The notes: generated by a model from the sequence alone, not told the origin. 49,624 nucleotides of DNA from a virus (IMGVR_UViG_3300006046_000008:1-49624); one strand, 5' to 3'; positions 8,428 to 17,446 are shown, counted from the stretch's first letter. Numbers and translations: made by a program.

Positions 8428-8600
8428 TGGCCGACTCTAACGTTCGTATGGTCCAGCGGGCGCATGTGAAGCAATGGCTCTTGCAGTTCGCACCACCATC
8501 TGTCATTCGCGATCTCTTAGAGGGGATCGAGGACAAGAATGACCGCCTGATGTTGGAAGTAGTTTATCTTGAACTCACCGGAGAGGAGCTACCACAATGA
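8427..8600 (+). CDS. hypothetical protein (57 aa)
   Basis: Manual translation MADSNVRMVQRAHVKQWLLQF...; TGATG and ATGA overlaps on both sides; GGAGG RBS. Confidence 0.65.
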   Translation: MADSNVRMVQRAHVKQWLLQFAPPSVIRDLLEGIEDKNDRLMLEVVYLELTGEELPQ

Positions 8601-8944
8601 CCACTATCACAGCACCCCTCGTCGGGATGCGCCACCACGAGGGCGCAAGCGAGAAACTTCTCACCCTCGGCTTTGGAGACCCCTTGACTCTAGTCCGAGA
8701 GCCGGAGAACGCCTACGATGAGAACGCAATCCAGGTCTTCACTCTCGACGGCACTTTGCTTGGCTACATCGCGAGAGAACATGCGAGCGACTGGGCTCCC
8801 GTTTTCGACCTGGAGGGGACTCCCGAAGCTCACCTTACTTTCAGCTCTTCAGGCTACCCCCGCGTGGAGGTGGAACTTGGAGATGAGGAGGAGGCTTCGC
8901 CTCTTGAAGAGGAAGGAGACAGTGATGCCATTCCAGAAAGTTAG
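8597..8944 (+). CDS. HIRAN domain protein
   Basis: LVGMRHH...L.LVREPEN.YDENAIQV...LGYI.R signature. Confidence 0.85.
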   Translation: MTTITAPLVGMRHHEGASEKLLTLGFGDPLTLVREPENAYDENAIQVFTLDGTLLGYIAREHASDWAPVFDLEGTPEAHLTFSSSGYPRVEVELGDEEEASPLEEEGDSDAIPES

Positions 8945-9083
8945 TGGCGGCAAGTTCAAGTCGCCTTCGGGCAAGACTTACACCAAGAAGCAGGTGGCGC
9001 TTTACTACGCCACTGACGGCTTTAAGGAGGCGGGCAAGAAGCCCGCCTCTAAGAAGCGAGCCAAGAAGCGAGCGAAGAAATGA
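8925..9083 (+). CDS. small very basic (histone-like) protein, 52 aa
   Basis: MPFQKVSGGKFKSPSGKTYTKKQVALYYATDGF...KKRAKKRAKK; AAGGAG RBS. Confidence 0.7.
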   Translation: MPFQKVSGGKFKSPSGKTYTKKQVALYYATDGFKEAGKKPASKKRAKKRAKK

Positions 9084-9391
9084 ACTGGCACATCCTACAC
9101 CCTCAAATGACGCCCGAGTGGTTAGGGTTCCTTCCAGGCTGGCTGAGCGAAGCTGACCCTCGTCCAGCCTGGAAGCAGATCCATGATAACTATCAGCATG
9201 GAGGAGGATGGGATCCATTCACTGGCTTTAAGTTCAACCCTCAGACCTTCTCTTTGAAGTATCCGGGAGACCCTACTATGCGGCCCCTGGCTCGTGCCCA
9301 GCTACGTGACGAAACCATCCTCTTCTACGAGTCCTCCTGGGTGGGGATCATGCAGAAGGATGGCTCATTCGAGATCGCTAGGATTGACTAG
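9080..9391 (+). CDS. conserved phage hypothetical protein
   Basis: ATGA overlap; LGFLPG.LSE.DPRPA..Q...NY.HGGGW pattern. Confidence 0.75.
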   Translation: MNWHILHPQMTPEWLGFLPGWLSEADPRPAWKQIHDNYQHGGGWDPFTGFKFNPQTFSLKYPGDPTMRPLARAQLRDETILFYESSWVGIMQKDGSFEIARID

Positions 9392-9444
9392 CAGCAACTG
9401 AACATCAATGAGCCGGCAATCCCGCCGGCCTCCGGAGAACTACA

Positions 9445-11010
9445 ATGACACACTTTCCACCAACTGTTGAACAGCTCGCCATCATGGACGCAGCGCGAAG
9501 CAGCGATGCTAATCTCATGATCTTCGCCCTGGCCGGCACTGGCAAGACCACAGCAATAGAACTCCTAGTCCCTCACCTTCCCACGAAGTCTATTCTCCTT
9601 CTCGCCTTCAACAAGAAGAACTGCTTGGACCTTGAGAAGGTCTTTATAGAACCTCGAGGAGAGAACAAAGAGCTGCCTCCTCTCGCCCCCTGGGTCGTCG
9701 TGAAGAGCTTCAATGCTCTCGGCCACAGGGCATTCGCTTCCGCAACTGGCCGAAGGCTAATCCTAGATGACAGAAAAATCGCCCGCCTCACAACTGCATA
9801 CACCAAAAAGCTTGGTGGGGTTTCTGACGACGAGTGGGGGAACCTTTCCAATCTCGTCAAGCGAGCCAAGATGCTGGGACTGGTTCCTGCCCGCTATCCG
9901 CAGGCCCGGCGCAGCCTACTGCCTGATGACTCTTGGGGATGGGAGAGCGCAGCTGACGCCCTTAACATCGACCTTACAGAAGCTCTCATGGTGGGCGCTC
10001 GGCAGATTTTGTGTGAGGCTATTGATCTTGCGCTGGCAGGGACGATCGACTTTGATGACCAGATCTACATGTCGTGCCTCTTCTCTGGCCTCTACCAGAA
10101 ATTTCACACTGTTATCTGCGATGAAAGCCAGGATATCAGCCACCTTAACAGGCTTCAGCTCATGAAGTCCTGCGGGCAGCGCCTTATCATCGCTGGCGAT
10201 CAGAAGCAGGGCATCTATGCATTCCGAGGAGCAGATAGCAGTTCTATGCGGAAGATCAAAGAACTGAAGCCGGACTGGATTGATCTCCCTCTTACCGTCA
10301 CCTGGCGGTGTCCAAAGGTGGTAGTGGCGAGGCAATTAGGCCATGCCCCTCAATACACTGCGGCGCCCGAGGCCCCAGATGGGCGCCTCCTCGACTGGCG
10401 TGATCAGAAGCAATGGACCCTGCCATCGGCCGCTGAGAGCGTGATGCCCAACGCTATCCTCTGCCGCAACAACGCCCCTCTTATTAGCCTTGCCTTCTCT
10501 CTTATCCGCAAGCGGATTGGGATCAAAGTCCTCGGCAGGGATTTCGGCAAGTCCCTCACTACGCTAGTCAAGAAGATCGCTGGAACGAAGATCCTTGGTG
10601 TGGATGAGTTTGTTCCTGCTTTCACCTCCTGGAAAGAGAAGGAGATGCGGTTAGCCAACGCAGCGGACAAGCCAGAGAAGGGAAATCGCGTAGAAGATCA
10701 GTACGAGTCCATCATGGCTGTGATTGAGTCCAGTGGTGATATCACAACAGTCCGCCACATCATCTCCTGTCTTGAGCAGCTCTTCGAGGCAGCTAACGGC
10801 CAGATCACCCTGTCCACCGGGCACAAAGCAAAGGGCTTGGAGTGGCATTGCGTGCTCCACCTTGATCCCTGGCGCATCCCCTCGAAGTGGGCTCGCAATG
10901 TGGAACTGGAACAGCCCTGGCTCATGGAGCAGGAGATGAACCTCCAGTACGTCATTGAAACCAGGGCGAAGGATACATTAATTCTGGCCAATTTGGAGCA
11001 ATTTGTATGA
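9445..11010 (+). CDS. UvrD/Rep-like superfamily 1 DNA helicase
   Basis: Walker A ALAGTGKTT, LAFNK, DESQD, GDQKQGIYAFRGAD, STGHKAKGLEW, YVIETRAK. Confidence 0.92.
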   Translation: MTHFPPTVEQLAIMDAARSSDANLMIFALAGTGKTTAIELLVPHLPTKSILLLAFNKKNCLDLEKVFIEPRGENKELPPLAPWVVVKSFNALGHRAFASATGRRLILDDRKIARLTTAYTKKLGGVSDDEWGNLSNLVKRAKMLGLVPARYPQARRSLLPDDSWGWESAADALNIDLTEALMVGARQILCEAIDLALAGTIDFDDQIYMSCLFSGLYQKFHTVICDESQDISHLNRLQLMKSCGQRLIIAGDQKQGIYAFRGADSSSMRKIKELKPDWIDLPLTVTWRCPKVVVARQLGHAPQYTAAPEAPDGRLLDWRDQKQWTLPSAAESVMPNAILCRNNAPLISLAFSLIRKRIGIKVLGRDFGKSLTTLVKKIAGTKILGVDEFVPAFTSWKEKEMRLANAADKPEKGNRVEDQYESIMAVIESSGDITTVRHIISCLEQLFEAANGQITLSTGHKAKGLEWHCVLHLDPWRIPSKWARNVELEQPWLMEQEMNLQYVIETRAKDTLILANLEQFV

Positions 11011-11261
11011 CAGAAGCGCACAGTATTCTAGTTCGCGCCGCAGAGAGCAAGAAGGGGGGCCTGCGCGTTAGCGCAGAGCCCCGCACTCTCGCAACGATAT
11101 TTAACGCCCTGCGAAGGGAGCGCCAGCGCTACCCTGGCACCTTCGGCCACTTAGTATTCAAGCGGAGGGCTACCCACATCAACATCCTCAACGGGAAGAA
11201 CATTGAGGACAACCTAGAGGAGATCTTCGATGGACCTAGACCACGCGAGGCTGGTGCTTGA
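11007..11261 (+). CDS. hypothetical protein
   Basis: ATGA overlap with helicase; GGAG RBS. Confidence 0.65.
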   Translation: MTEAHSILVRAAESKKGGLRVSAEPRTLATIFNALRRERQRYPGTFGHLVFKRRATHINILNGKNIEDNLEEIFDGPRPREAGA

Positions 11262-11523
11262 GCACCAGCTCTTTAACTGTCCCCTTGAAGAGCTTTTTAA
11301 GATCTATCAAAGCTCGAAAGAGGACCCAGACTCCACCTACCTCGGTATGATCTACGCCATAGGGAGATGGAGGTTTGGCCCTCAGGCCTGGGGAGATCAC
11401 CACACAGAGTACTTCAAACAAAGGGCTCGCCAAAATGCCGCAGCAGGAATTTCCACCGGAGGCCAGTACAGCAAACGAGAAGCCGCTAAGCAGCTCCTCT
11501 CCCTCGCCGACCTGGGGCTCTAG
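11230..11523 (+). CDS. hypothetical protein ending in ...QLLSLADLGL
   Basis: GAGGAG RBS; 97 aa. Confidence 0.7.
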   Translation: MDLDHARLVLEHQLFNCPLEELFKIYQSSKEDPDSTYLGMIYAIGRWRFGPQAWGDHHTEYFKQRARQNAAAGISTGGQYSKREAAKQLLSLADLGL

Positions 11524-11539
11524 TCCCCAGGCACAGCAC

Positions 11540-11764
11540 ATGCAGAGCTGGCAGGAAAAGCTATCCGACTTGAGGAGTGGGGGACTCACACTAGATCTCC
11601 CCACCTTAATAGCTCTCGCCCGCACCCACACGCTCTCACTCGAAGAGATGGCAGCGATCCGCAAAGCTTGGGTAGTGCGAGAGTTGCAGTTGCAGCAACC
11701 CCAGCTCAAGAAGAATCGAGCTGAGGCTCTCTACGAAGAAGAGAGAAAGAAGCTAGGCCTATGA
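11540..11764 (+). CDS. hypothetical protein
   Basis: ORF track 11375..11764; start uncertain (ATG about 11540); ends KKLGL. Confidence 0.5.
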   Translation: MQSWQEKLSDLRSGGLTLDLPTLIALARTHTLSLEEMAAIRKAWVVRELQLQQPQLKKNRAEALYEEERKKLGL

Positions 11765-11833
11765 CAGAAGCAACCGCCCCCACTGATGGGCTTCTTCACA
11801 TTGTGAAAACGCCCATAACCCTACACATTCCCA

Positions 11834-11862
11834 TTGACAGCCCTTTAATTTTGTGCCAAAGT
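11834..11862 (+). promoter_or_regulatory. sigma70-type promoter TTGACA-N17-CAAAGT
   Basis: Perfect -35, TGTG before a weak -10; intergenic. Confidence 0.55.
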
Positions 11863-11917
11863 CACCACGTCAAAGCATCGGGGCAACCGCCCCCACCATA
11901 GGAAAGGAAAAACTACC

Positions 11918-12475
11918 ATGAGCGAGAATGGAACTAGCGAACAGCGGAGGATCAAGGTTGAAGGTCTGCTCTTCAACGCCCCAGCTCCCTACAAAACCGG
12001 CCATGTTCTTACAGAGAACGAGGCGAACACCCTCAACCAGACTTTTGCTGAGAACCTTCGGAATAACTTTGCCAAGAAAGTGAAGTCCGCGAAGGAAGCT
12101 GCGCAGAAGAACGGTGGAGAGTTCCCGGGAGATGGCGAGGCGGCTCCGGACGATCTCCAGCAGGAGTTTAGCTCCTACGCCAATGACTATGAGTTTGGCA
12201 CCCGAGCAGCTTCTGGCGCTGGCGAAGCGGGGCTACCAAGAGATCCTGTGGAGCGCGAAGCTCACGTCATGGCGAGGGATCTCATCCGCCAGCACGCGAA
12301 GTCGAAGGGCTATGGCAAGCTGGACGCAGAGCAGATCGCTGGGCTCGTCCCCGGGATCCTCGCGAAGCGGCCAGAGATCAGAGAAGAGGCCCAGCGGAGG
12401 ATCAGCGCCAAGACTTCGATCACTCTCGACGAGCTGGAACTTCCCGCCCAAGGTGCAGAAGCTACCGCCCAGTAA
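11918..12475 (+). CDS. conserved phage hypothetical protein
   Basis: AAGGA RBS; PY..GHVLTE.EA..LNQT.AENLRNNF and DPVEREA motifs. Confidence 0.8.
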   Translation: MSENGTSEQRRIKVEGLLFNAPAPYKTGHVLTENEANTLNQTFAENLRNNFAKKVKSAKEAAQKNGGEFPGDGEAAPDDLQQEFSSYANDYEFGTRAASGAGEAGLPRDPVEREAHVMARDLIRQHAKSKGYGKLDAEQIAGLVPGILAKRPEIREEAQRRISAKTSITLDELELPAQGAEATAQ

Positions 12476-12513
12476 TTGGAGCAATCTAGTTGGAAGAGGG
12501 ACCCAGTAACACC

Positions 12514-12801
12514 ATGCCTATCCCCCTTCCAACTTCCGCTCATGAGAACCTCGTATCTCTCATGTATCAGGCAGCGGCGAGTCCACTGGGCATCATTGTA
12601 GTAGTCTCCAATGTCCACGATGCCAAGGCTATGTTCTCTCAGGCGAGAAGCACCAATGGAGATAGCGCCCTACGGGCACTATCTTTCATCCCATCGCCCT
12701 ATAGTCCACGGACAGAGCTTTGGATTGTAAAGAAGCGCCAGGCGGCTTTGCCGCCTGAAGAAGAACTAGATACCAGCCTACCGATCGACATCTCCCCTTG
12801 A
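12514..12801 (+). CDS. hypothetical protein
   Basis: ORF track 12490..12801; ATG 12514. Confidence 0.65.
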   Translation: MPIPLPTSAHENLVSLMYQAAASPLGIIVVVSNVHDAKAMFSQARSTNGDSALRALSFIPSPYSPRTELWIVKKRQAALPPEEELDTSLPIDISP

Positions 12802-12828
12802 AACAACGCACTAGGAGCCATCTCCACC

Positions 12829-13068
12829 ATGCCACGCCAGGAGGACGAACCAATAGAACGCATTCACATCAACCTCTTCTCAGCCGACTTGGAGTGGCTG
12901 AGAAGCAACTACCGAAGGGAGGAATCGGTGGGAGTGGGCAAAGCTGTTCGCACGATAGTCCGCAATAGCGTAAAGAGAATGCAGGATCTACAAGCCTCTC
13001 GCCAGAAACCAATCCGGCCACTAGATGACGAGGAGCTTGAAGCACTAGCTGAGGAGGCGCACCAATGA
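12829..13068 (+). CDS. hypothetical protein, possible ribbon-helix-helix-like DNA binder
   Basis: AGGAG RBS; ERIHINLF beta-strand followed by two helices (inference). Confidence 0.6.
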   Translation: MPRQEDEPIERIHINLFSADLEWLRSNYRREESVGVGKAVRTIVRNSVKRMQDLQASRQKPIRPLDDEELEALAEEAHQ

Positions 13069-13235
13069 CTACCTTTGATCCCAAATGCTACGATCTCGCA
13101 GAACTCTTTCTCAGCGATACCAGCTACGCCGGCAACACAGAGATAATAACAGCACTCGCTGCGGAGATTCAGGAAACAATAGAGGACTTTATTACAGGAC
13201 TTGAAGAGGGAGAAGAGGAGGAAGCAGATGAGTGA
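13065..13235 (+). CDS. small acidic hypothetical protein (56 aa)
   Basis: Manual translation MTTFDPKCYDLAELFLSD...LAAEIQETIEDF...EEEEADE; ATGA overlap; GAGGAGG RBS. Confidence 0.7.
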   Translation: MTTFDPKCYDLAELFLSDTSYAGNTEIITALAAEIQETIEDFITGLEEGEEEEADE

Positions 13236-13461
13236 TAGCCCAGGGGCTTCGCCCCTAGATGAAGCCAACCCGGTGATCTCCATGCAGGAAATAATGTCGC
13301 GCGATCCGGAGGAACTCACTCGCGCCGACAGGGACGCCATCGTTCGCACCCTTCGCGCCCAGCGCTTTCAATTCATGCAAGAGGAGCAGCAGGAGAAGCC
13401 AAAGAGAAAGAATGGAAAGAAGACCACAGGGCCAATCTCCCTCGCTGATCTTGGGCTCTAG
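13228..13461 (+). CDS. hypothetical protein ending in ...ISLADLGL
   Basis: GAGGAGG RBS; overlaps the previous stop. Confidence 0.75.
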   Translation: MSDSPGASPLDEANPVISMQEIMSRDPEELTRADRDAIVRTLRAQRFQFMQEEQQEKPKRKNGKKTTGPISLADLGL

Positions 13462-13512
13462 CCAATGCGGGCGCTGTACCCACTCCGCCACGCAAGCCGA
13501 AGGGGGTGAGGG

Positions 13513-13611
13513 ATGAGTTCAATCTGTGAGCAAGGTTCGCAGGACCTATGGTTTTGGCTGTTCTGCTTACTGGAGATCGGTATCGTTTTCGGAGCGATCC
13601 CGTGGAGATGA
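13513..13611 (+). CDS. small membrane peptide (32 aa)
   Basis: Manual translation MSSICEQGSQDLWFWLFCLLEIGIVFGAIPWR; purine-rich RBS; ATGA coupling to the next gene. Confidence 0.45.
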   Translation: MSSICEQGSQDLWFWLFCLLEIGIVFGAIPWR

Positions 13612-14258
13612 CCGACATCGCAGAGGTGCGCGCGGCGCTGGAGGAGGCGAGCGCGCTTCTCGCTAAACTGGAACTAGCGTGGTGCATCGACCACACGCTG
13701 TATGATGGTCGTGACGTAGAAGTGTGGTGCAGCACCCAATACCTTCAGGCCCTCGCCGCCCTCGACCGCCTGGAGCGGTCAGCAGCGCCGGAGGGGTGGC
13801 AGAAAGGCTACGCCAGCATTGGTGAACTCGACGCTGAGACTGAGCGCGTCGCGTGGGCGATCCTGCGTGCGCTCCATGAGAACGTCGCCGAAGTCGAGCG
13901 CCCCATGTCGTGGAGTGACATGGACGAAAAGCAGGAGGCTCGCATCCGAGCAGCGGCCGTCGCTGCCATCGCAGCTATTCGCCCCGCAGCAACTCCACTC
14001 GCCGCAGCCCCTCCCCCTCCCGCCCGGACAGAGGAGAGGAAGCGCTGGCGACACGTAAACAGTGGTGCGCTCGTAACTGAAATTGGGCGCGGTCTGTATG
14101 CATCCGGGGATGGCGTCGATGACATTACGCCAATCGTCTTCTACCGTCACGACATTGGAGGATGGGGCAGCGCATTCTGGGCACGGCCAATCAAGGAGTT
14201 TGAAGACGGCCAGTTCGTTGAAGTCCCTCCCACCCGACCAGAGGAGGGGAAGGCATGA
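13608..14258 (+). CDS. mosaic hypothetical protein with C-terminal DUF1653-like domain
   Basis: RWRH..SG.....IG.G...V.YR...FWARP..EF.DG.F at the C-terminus. Confidence 0.65.
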   Translation: MTDIAEVRAALEEASALLAKLELAWCIDHTLYDGRDVEVWCSTQYLQALAALDRLERSAAPEGWQKGYASIGELDAETERVAWAILRALHENVAEVERPMSWSDMDEKQEARIRAAAVAAIAAIRPAATPLAAAPPPPARTEERKRWRHVNSGALVTEIGRGLYASGDGVDDITPIVFYRHDIGGWGSAFWARPIKEFEDGQFVEVPPTRPEEGKA

Positions 14259-14665
14259 AGCTCGACCCGGCAATCGTGGAGGCGGTGGCTCGGGCGTTGG
14301 CACGACAACGCTTAGACTTTAACTCGCGACATCGTGAGCCACTAACCCCTGAGCGGTATAAAGCATCTGAGGATGCCGGATGGCCGAACTTTGTCCCGGA
14401 AGCCAATGTCGCCCTCACCGCCGCCATTCCCCTGATCGAAGCCGCCGTGCTGGAGGAGGCGGCGCAGGCGCTAGCGCCATTCGCAAGAGCCGCCGACGTT
14501 TATCACGAAGAACGCTTTGCGCCATCCGACGAAATAACAGGCAGGTTTGGAAAAATAGTCAGAGCCGAAGAGTTGTGGTGTTTGCGTAACCTGTACACCC
14601 GTCTCCGTGCCCGCCCGTTTGTCGCCCTCAAGCCTGCCCCAAAAGCACAGGGAGGGAAGAAGTGA
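14255..14665 (+). CDS. hypothetical protein
   Basis: ATGA overlap; GAGGAGG-like RBS; VEAVARAL / LEEAAQAL patterns typical of phage accessory ORFs. Confidence 0.65.
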   Translation: MKLDPAIVEAVARALARQRLDFNSRHREPLTPERYKASEDAGWPNFVPEANVALTAAIPLIEAAVLEEAAQALAPFARAADVYHEERFAPSDEITGRFGKIVRAEELWCLRNLYTRLRARPFVALKPAPKAQGGKK

Positions 14666-14982
14666 CAGCAACCTGGAAGCCAGGAGAGACCTTTAAGAGC
14701 GATCACTACGCGCTCTACGACGAGCTGCGTGATGCTGACGGCCTATTACTCGGCTGGATCGAGCAGTTCACAGGACAGGACGAGCCATCACAGTTCGAAG
14801 GCGACAGCGGCGATTCCTGCTACGCTTGGGCGCGGCCGCAGAACCAAGACGAACCAATAAACGTGCCTTCGATGGAGGTCGAGTGGTCAATCTTCAAACG
14901 CCTCGGCTGCATGCAGGACGTGCCAACAGCAAAGCGTGCCGTCGAGATCGCCGCTGGCGTCCGACCGGAGCTCCCAAAATGA
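14662..14982 (+). CDS. hypothetical protein
   Basis: GTGA overlap; GGAGG RBS. Confidence 0.6.
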   Translation: MTATWKPGETFKSDHYALYDELRDADGLLLGWIEQFTGQDEPSQFEGDSGDSCYAWARPQNQDEPINVPSMEVEWSIFKRLGCMQDVPTAKRAVEIAAGVRPELPK

Positions 14983-15051
14983 CAACCGAGCAGCCATACA
15001 TGTAAGCACATCAGTCCCCATCCTAGCGCAAAATTTTGAAGGCTCACCACC

Positions 15052-16008
15052 ATGATCTCCGACACAACTAGCCGCAAAGCATTTTCCCCAGAAGTGCCTG
15101 GCCTGCAATTCGCTTTCGACAGCGTAAGCCTTGGCCTGCTCAAAGAGTGCCCGAGGAAATACCAGTACACCATTCTCGAGGGCTGGATACCCGCGCTCGA
15201 GTCCGTCCATCTCACCTTTGGCCTGCACTACCACAAAGCGATAGAGATCTATGACCACAAGCGAGCCGCCGATCTTTCCCATGATGATGCAGTGGACGCA
15301 AGCGTCCATTACTGTCTCACTGCCACCATCACTCGGCTCCCCGATGGACGCTGGCGTCCCTGGAGTTCCGATGATCCCAACAAGAACCGAGCTACTTTAC
15401 TACGCTCAGTTGTCTGGTATCTGGAGCAATTCGAAGAGGATTCCGCCCGTACTCTTCTGCTTAACAATGGGAAGCCCGCCGTCGAACTATCCTTCCGGTT
15501 CGAGATTCCATATGAGGTTTCAGGTCAAAGAGCTATGCTCTGTGGGCATCTAGACCGGCTTGTGGAATTTAACTCCCAGATCTGGGCGATGGATCATAAG
15601 ACCAGCAAATATAGTCTATCCCCTGAATGGTTCTCCATGTTCAATCCAGATAATCAGATGTCCCTCTACACCTTAGCCTCCCAGATAGTGTATGAGCAGC
15701 CAGTCAAAGGGGTCATCATATCTGGCGCGCAGATTCTAGTTAACTTCACCCGCTTTCAGCGTGGCTTCACCACTCGCCACAGGGAGGAACTTGATGAATG
15801 GCTCGAAGAAGCCGGCTGGTATATCAAGCTGGGAGAAGCCTATGCTCGCAAGAGCTTCTGGCCCAAGAACGACAAGGCTTGCGGGCACTATGGAGGTTGC
15901 AGCTTTCGCAGCATCTGCTCTTCAGCCCCCGCTATGCGAGACACTCTCCTGCAAGCGAGCTTCACCAGAAAGATCTGGGATCCTCTTGAAGTGAGGGGAG
16001 ATGTGTGA
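15052..16008 (+). CDS. Cas4/AddB-like PD-(D/E)XK exonuclease
   Basis: ECPRKY, FG...H, GHLDRL, DHKT, QMSLY and C-terminal C.....C.F...C (putative Fe-S cluster). Confidence 0.85.
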   Translation: MISDTTSRKAFSPEVPGLQFAFDSVSLGLLKECPRKYQYTILEGWIPALESVHLTFGLHYHKAIEIYDHKRAADLSHDDAVDASVHYCLTATITRLPDGRWRPWSSDDPNKNRATLLRSVVWYLEQFEEDSARTLLLNNGKPAVELSFRFEIPYEVSGQRAMLCGHLDRLVEFNSQIWAMDHKTSKYSLSPEWFSMFNPDNQMSLYTLASQIVYEQPVKGVIISGAQILVNFTRFQRGFTTRHREELDEWLEEAGWYIKLGEAYARKSFWPKNDKACGHYGGCSFRSICSSAPAMRDTLLQASFTRKIWDPLEVRGDV

Positions 16009-16025
16009 TACACTAATGATAATGA

Positions 16026-16054
16026 TTGACAACTCGAATGAACCATGATACATT
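16026..16054 (+). promoter_or_regulatory. sigma70-type promoter TTGACA-N17-TACATT
   Basis: Perfect -35, 17-nt spacer; AT-rich intergenic region. Confidence 0.7.
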
Positions 16055-16078
16055 GAAACCCACAACGGAGCTATCCCC

Positions 16079-16942
16079 ATGCCTCGTCTCACCCCAACAG
16101 AACGTATGATGCTCCTCTTAGTCTCCGACTCTGGGATGGGGAAAACAGGAGCGCTAGCTAGCCTCGCTCGCGCCGGGTATTCCCTCCGCATCCTGGACTT
16201 TGACAACGGAACTCAGATCTTGGCCTCCCTCTTGAAGGACGATCCAGATGCTATGTCCCGCGTCTACGTGGAGAAATGCACAGATTCTTTCAAGAACGTG
16301 CAAGGGAGACTACTGCCTCGCACCCCTCTCGTGGCATGGACTAAGGCCGTCACTTTGCTCTCGAACTGGAAGTCCGATTCCCTTGGACCAGTGTCCTCGT
16401 GGGACTCTAATTCCATCCTGGTCATTGACTCCCTTACCCACTGTGGCGAAGCCGCAATGCGATACCACCAGTCTCTTAACGCCAAACTTGGGCAACATCC
16501 TACCCTCCCTGATTGGGGGATAGTGCAAACGATGATTAAAGAGCTGCTTGAGATGCTGAAGGATAGTGAGATCAAATGCCAGGTGTGTGTAATTACACAT
16601 ATTGACTGGCGCTGGCGCGAAATTAGGGGCGGGAAGGAAAATCTACAGGTGCTGGGCAGGGAACTTGAGGGTGGATTCCCATCTGCTCCGGGCAACAAGC
16701 TACCGGAGAAAGTTGGCTCTTACTTCAACGATGCCCTGCAAGTAGTTTGCACTGGCGTTGGTCCTGCCATGAAGAGGAAGATCACCACAGTCCCGATGGT
16801 TTCCCTCGGACTGAAGTCTAGTAACCCCACTGGTGTGAAGAGAGAATACCCCATTGAGACCGGGCTAGCGCAGTACTTCTACGATGTGCTCGGCTCTAAC
16901 CCATCAGGGGTGAAGCCCCTGATTTCTGAAGCAGCAGAGTAG
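16079..16942 (+). CDS. Sak4-like / AAA_24 ATPase (recombinase)
   Basis: Walker A SDSGMGKT, LDFDNG, Walker B LVIDSLT, ITH, YFND; lies between exonuclease and SSB. Confidence 0.8.
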   Translation: MPRLTPTERMMLLLVSDSGMGKTGALASLARAGYSLRILDFDNGTQILASLLKDDPDAMSRVYVEKCTDSFKNVQGRLLPRTPLVAWTKAVTLLSNWKSDSLGPVSSWDSNSILVIDSLTHCGEAAMRYHQSLNAKLGQHPTLPDWGIVQTMIKELLEMLKDSEIKCQVCVITHIDWRWREIRGGKENLQVLGRELEGGFPSAPGNKLPEKVGSYFNDALQVVCTGVGPAMKRKITTVPMVSLGLKSSNPTGVKREYPIETGLAQYFYDVLGSNPSGVKPLISEAAE

Positions 16943-16969
16943 CTGACTAACTAACTGATGGAGATGAAG

Positions 16970-17446
16970 ATGGCTGATTTTAAGAGCTTACTATCAAAGC
17001 GAGTCGATGATGCAGAGCGTCCTGCTATCCTCCCTGTTGGCACCTATGAGGGAGTCGTGGTTGACTACCAGCCGATTGAGAGCAACACAGCGGACAGGAC
17101 ACCCCAAGTTCGCGTGAACATCCGCATCACTGCAGCCTCCGATGGCATCGAAGCGGCGGACTTGGTTGACGCCAAGGGAAAACCTATCCGCGTCGCAGAC
17201 CGTCGGATGCGCCATGACTTCTGGCTGGATGAGGAGAACCAGTGGAAGCTCTCGGAATTTATTAGGAGCTGCGGAGTGGAAACCGCAGGGCGATCCTTCG
17301 GCGAGACCCTGCCGGAGGTGAAGAACGCTCCTGTCTTTGTCCAGGTCAACCAGACCCCGGACAAACAGAAGCGGAACGAAGATGGCTCGCCGATCATCTA
17401 CAACAACATTGCCCGGCTCACTGGCCAGGCGGGAGCAGGGGCTTAA
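16970..17446 (+). CDS. single-stranded DNA-binding protein (DUF669-like)
   Basis: LPVGTYEGVV...FI.SCG...YNNI pattern; follows the Sak4-like gene; start 16958-16970 uncertain. Confidence 0.7.
   Translation: MADFKSLLSKRVDDAERPAILPVGTYEGVVVDYQPIESNTADRTPQVRVNIRITAASDGIEAADLVDAKGKPIRVADRRMRHDFWLDEENQWKLSEFIRSCGVETAGRSFGETLPEVKNAPVFVQVNQTPDKQKRNEDGSPIIYNNIARLTGQAGAGA

Noticed and set aside
15052-16008. CRISPR-Cas locus suggested by a Cas4-like gene
   Set aside because: No array or other cas genes; the exonuclease-Sak4-SSB context is a standard phage recombination module.
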